Origin: Curvularia clavata | Lineage: Eukaryota | Assembly: GCA_023920165.1 (NCBI GenBank) | Contig: CP089275.1 | Location: 4,960,001-5,024,000 of the forward strand | DNA length: 64,000 nt | Direction of reading: 5' to 3' | Part shown: one piece after another, positions 61,612 to 64,000 of the stretch | Layout: the number at the start of each line of letters is the position of its first letter | Position numbering within the stretch: position 1 is the first letter of the stretch | Notes under the pieces: generated by a model | Database searches by the model: none | Seen by the model: the letters and a program-made list of their open reading frames with translations, nothing else | What the model was told of the DNA's origin: nothing | Program-made: the position numbers and the translations under genes

Positions 61612-64000
61612 TCAATGTGACCCGCGAGTGGGATTCGAGTACGCAATCTGCGGCCAATGCACTGGGGGTTGGTGATGAGAGGCCGCGTGCTGAGCATGAT
61701 GTGCATGGTGGTGCTGGTGATGAGGGTGATGGTGGTGACCTTGAGCACCCGATGTCTGTACTAGACCCTGACCGTCGGTGCTGGTGCCATGCGAGGGGAC
61801 AGAGTCGCGGCCGAGCGTCATAAGCGTCGTTGCTGTGTTCAGGTAATCACCAGGCTGTTGCTGGCTTTGGTCGGGCTGTTGCATATATGCTCGTGTCCAT
61901 TGGGTCCAGTCCTGTGCGGCATAGCCATTGGCCGTGTACGGGGGCTGTGAGTGGGCGTTGCTCGCAACGTGGGTTTGGGAATAGGTGTAAGCATCGGTGG
62001 GGGGCTGGGAGATGCCGGTGGTTGACGATGCGGCAGCAGCGGCAGCAGCAAGTGCTGCAGCGTGGTTGGGGTTCATGCTTGCCTCATCGCCGTTGTACGT
62101 GTGCTGGTCATAGCCTCTGTTTGGTTGTGAGGGAACACTAACCTGTGACCCCAGATTGTACGAGTGCACAGAGTTTACTGGCAGAGTTGTGTACGATGTA
62201 GATTGTAAAGGGAGATTGGGATCAGTGGGCCCGCTCGTGGTTGTTGCATACTGATCCTGGTATGCGCTCTGGTCGTATGTCGATGCAGATGCATTGGGTT
62301 CCGAGCGAGCTGGAGCCTGCATCGCAACACGGGCAAGAGACTCGGTCGCGGTTCGCTTGACGATGCTCTCGTTTATGTTACTAAGCGACTGATCGACAAT
62401 TCTTGAAACTGCTAGCTTCAATCGATTTCCCGAGCCAAGGAAATGATCGCACTCGCCAAGTACATCTACCCATGAGGCCATATCGTCTTTGAGCTTAGTC
62501 ATATCCGAGGGTGTCATCTGATCCTGCTTTGTCGAGGATATATACAGGGTCGTAAAAGCAGCTGCAATATAGACGACAGTATTTATCCAAGGAATATCCA
62601 GACTCTTCTTGTTCATCAGCTCTGTGCAAATGTGCAGCATTCTTTGCGCTGCATGCTGACACTTGTCGAGATTCGAGTTGATGATAGCCGCATCGGTTGA
62701 TCTGCAGATTCCGGGATGATGCAAGAGCAGCACAAAGGAGTGGTACCAGCATTCCAGGTACAGGGTAAATATTGTGTCGTGGTTGGAAGCATGTGATATG
62801 TCGCGCAGCTCATAGGGCAACTCTTCTTTCCACTGCCGAATTCCTGCAGCAAGGCGTTTCAGGTTTTCCTCGTATGATTTTGTCGAGTGCCGAACAGCGT
62901 AGATGGTTTTGTACAGCTCAACTTCCCAAATAGTATACTTGGCAATCTGAATGGCTGGTTGGAACGAGCATTGATGGAACGTGTCCAATTTTGCCTCTTC
63001 GCCAGGCAAACAGTCGTTCATGGGCTCAGGAAACTCGACATCAATGTCTTCATTGCTGATTGGCATGGGACGTCCCAGCCTCCCATTGAGATTAACTTGC
63101 AGGGCATTCAGTGTCCAAAAAACCCGCTTCCTCATCTCAATGTCGAGCTTGCTCAGTTTGCCAGTGTCATCTTCCCAGACCTTGACGGAGCGATGCAGGC
63201 CGAGTTGAATGGCAAAGAGATAGACAATTGACGTCATGATCCAGGCAGCGCCGGGCCTGGGGAAGTTTCGTAGATGATGGCAGATCATTGTCAGGGCACG
63301 GACGTCCTCCCAGCCATGGTCACCGAGAACGAGCTGTTTGAAGAAGGTCAAAGAGTAGTGGTAGTGGGCATGTGAATCACTGAGCATGGCGCTGCCGCCT
63401 TGGTCGCTGTTGCGGATGGCTATTTGGTAGGTAATGGTAGCAAGCATCATGTGGACTGTTACCGTCTCAGACGCCGATGGAGTGAAGTTGGGCTCGTTTC
63501 CGATTCTCCAAATCTACGTATTGTCAGCGGGTGGCCGAGGGACAAAGTATGGGTCAGACGGTACCAATTGCATAAAGGCAGGCTTGTGGACCAGCGCGGT
63601 GTATGGATTCATGGAGCGCAGATACCAGATGGCGTACTCTTTGAGCTCGTTGTAGGGCGGTAGCTGAGGCGTTTCAACCGGCTGGCCGCCCATGGCGATC
63701 TTGATGAGGGTGGAGTAGGACATGGCTTCCTTCTCGTACTCGGACTCGCAGGGCATGAAGTCGGTGATGTCGATCTCGGTGCCGAAGATGGAGAGCGAGG
63801 TGCCCTTGATATGGCTCAGCGGCAAGTCGCCAGGCGCAACACCCAGGTAGTTGTCGCCAATGGAGCCATGCTTGAACTGGGGCAGCGATTCTGGCTTGGC
63901 CGAGGGGGCGGCGGGCGCGTAGCCTGGCAGCGGGGAAGGGCTCGTCCGACGAGAGGCATCAGGCCACGAGGCCGTGTCGTTGGAGGCAGAGGACCACGGG
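61612..64000 (-). CDS. Fungal-specific transcription factor (Fungal_trans/MHR domain); 5' end outside window
   Basis: AIQLGLHR, EMRKRVFW, LGRPMPI motifs; intron 63514-63564; Q/A/H-rich C-terminus; frame open to the window end. Confidence 0.88.

Noticed and set aside
1..64000. CRISPR arrays, rRNA, intact transposase/retroelement ORFs, TGA-CTA readthrough motifs at gene ends
   Set aside because: None seen on manual inspection

Overview
A 64-kb gene-dense window from a filamentous ascomycete, probably a Dothideomycete (inferred from gene content and ~50-nt GT-AG introns with CTRAY branch sites). I can support 25 protein-coding genes: NBP35, a PhoD-like phosphatase, two fungal transcription factors, FAD oxidoreductases, a cytochrome b2-like enzyme, a methyltransferase, a thioesterase, three transporters, M28 and S28 peptidases, a pectinesterase, a P450, a GH16 enzyme, a dual-specificity phosphatase, a RING protein and others. 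There is also an intron-containing tRNA-Leu(AAG) and a 729-bp foldback/MITE-like element just upstream of it. Highlights: (1) the first intron of the MUP1-like methionine permease has a perfect donor and branch site but ends in CCG instead of YAG. (2) A PNP-NACHT-ankyrin NLR lies head-to-head with an intact CorA-like membrane gene lacking the GMN motif, a candidate immune sensor/effector pair. (3) The NLR has alternating and chimeric 99-bp ankyrin repeats and two micro-exons that can be skipped together in frame. (4) The long inverted-repeat element. All exon models were read by hand and no searches were run.
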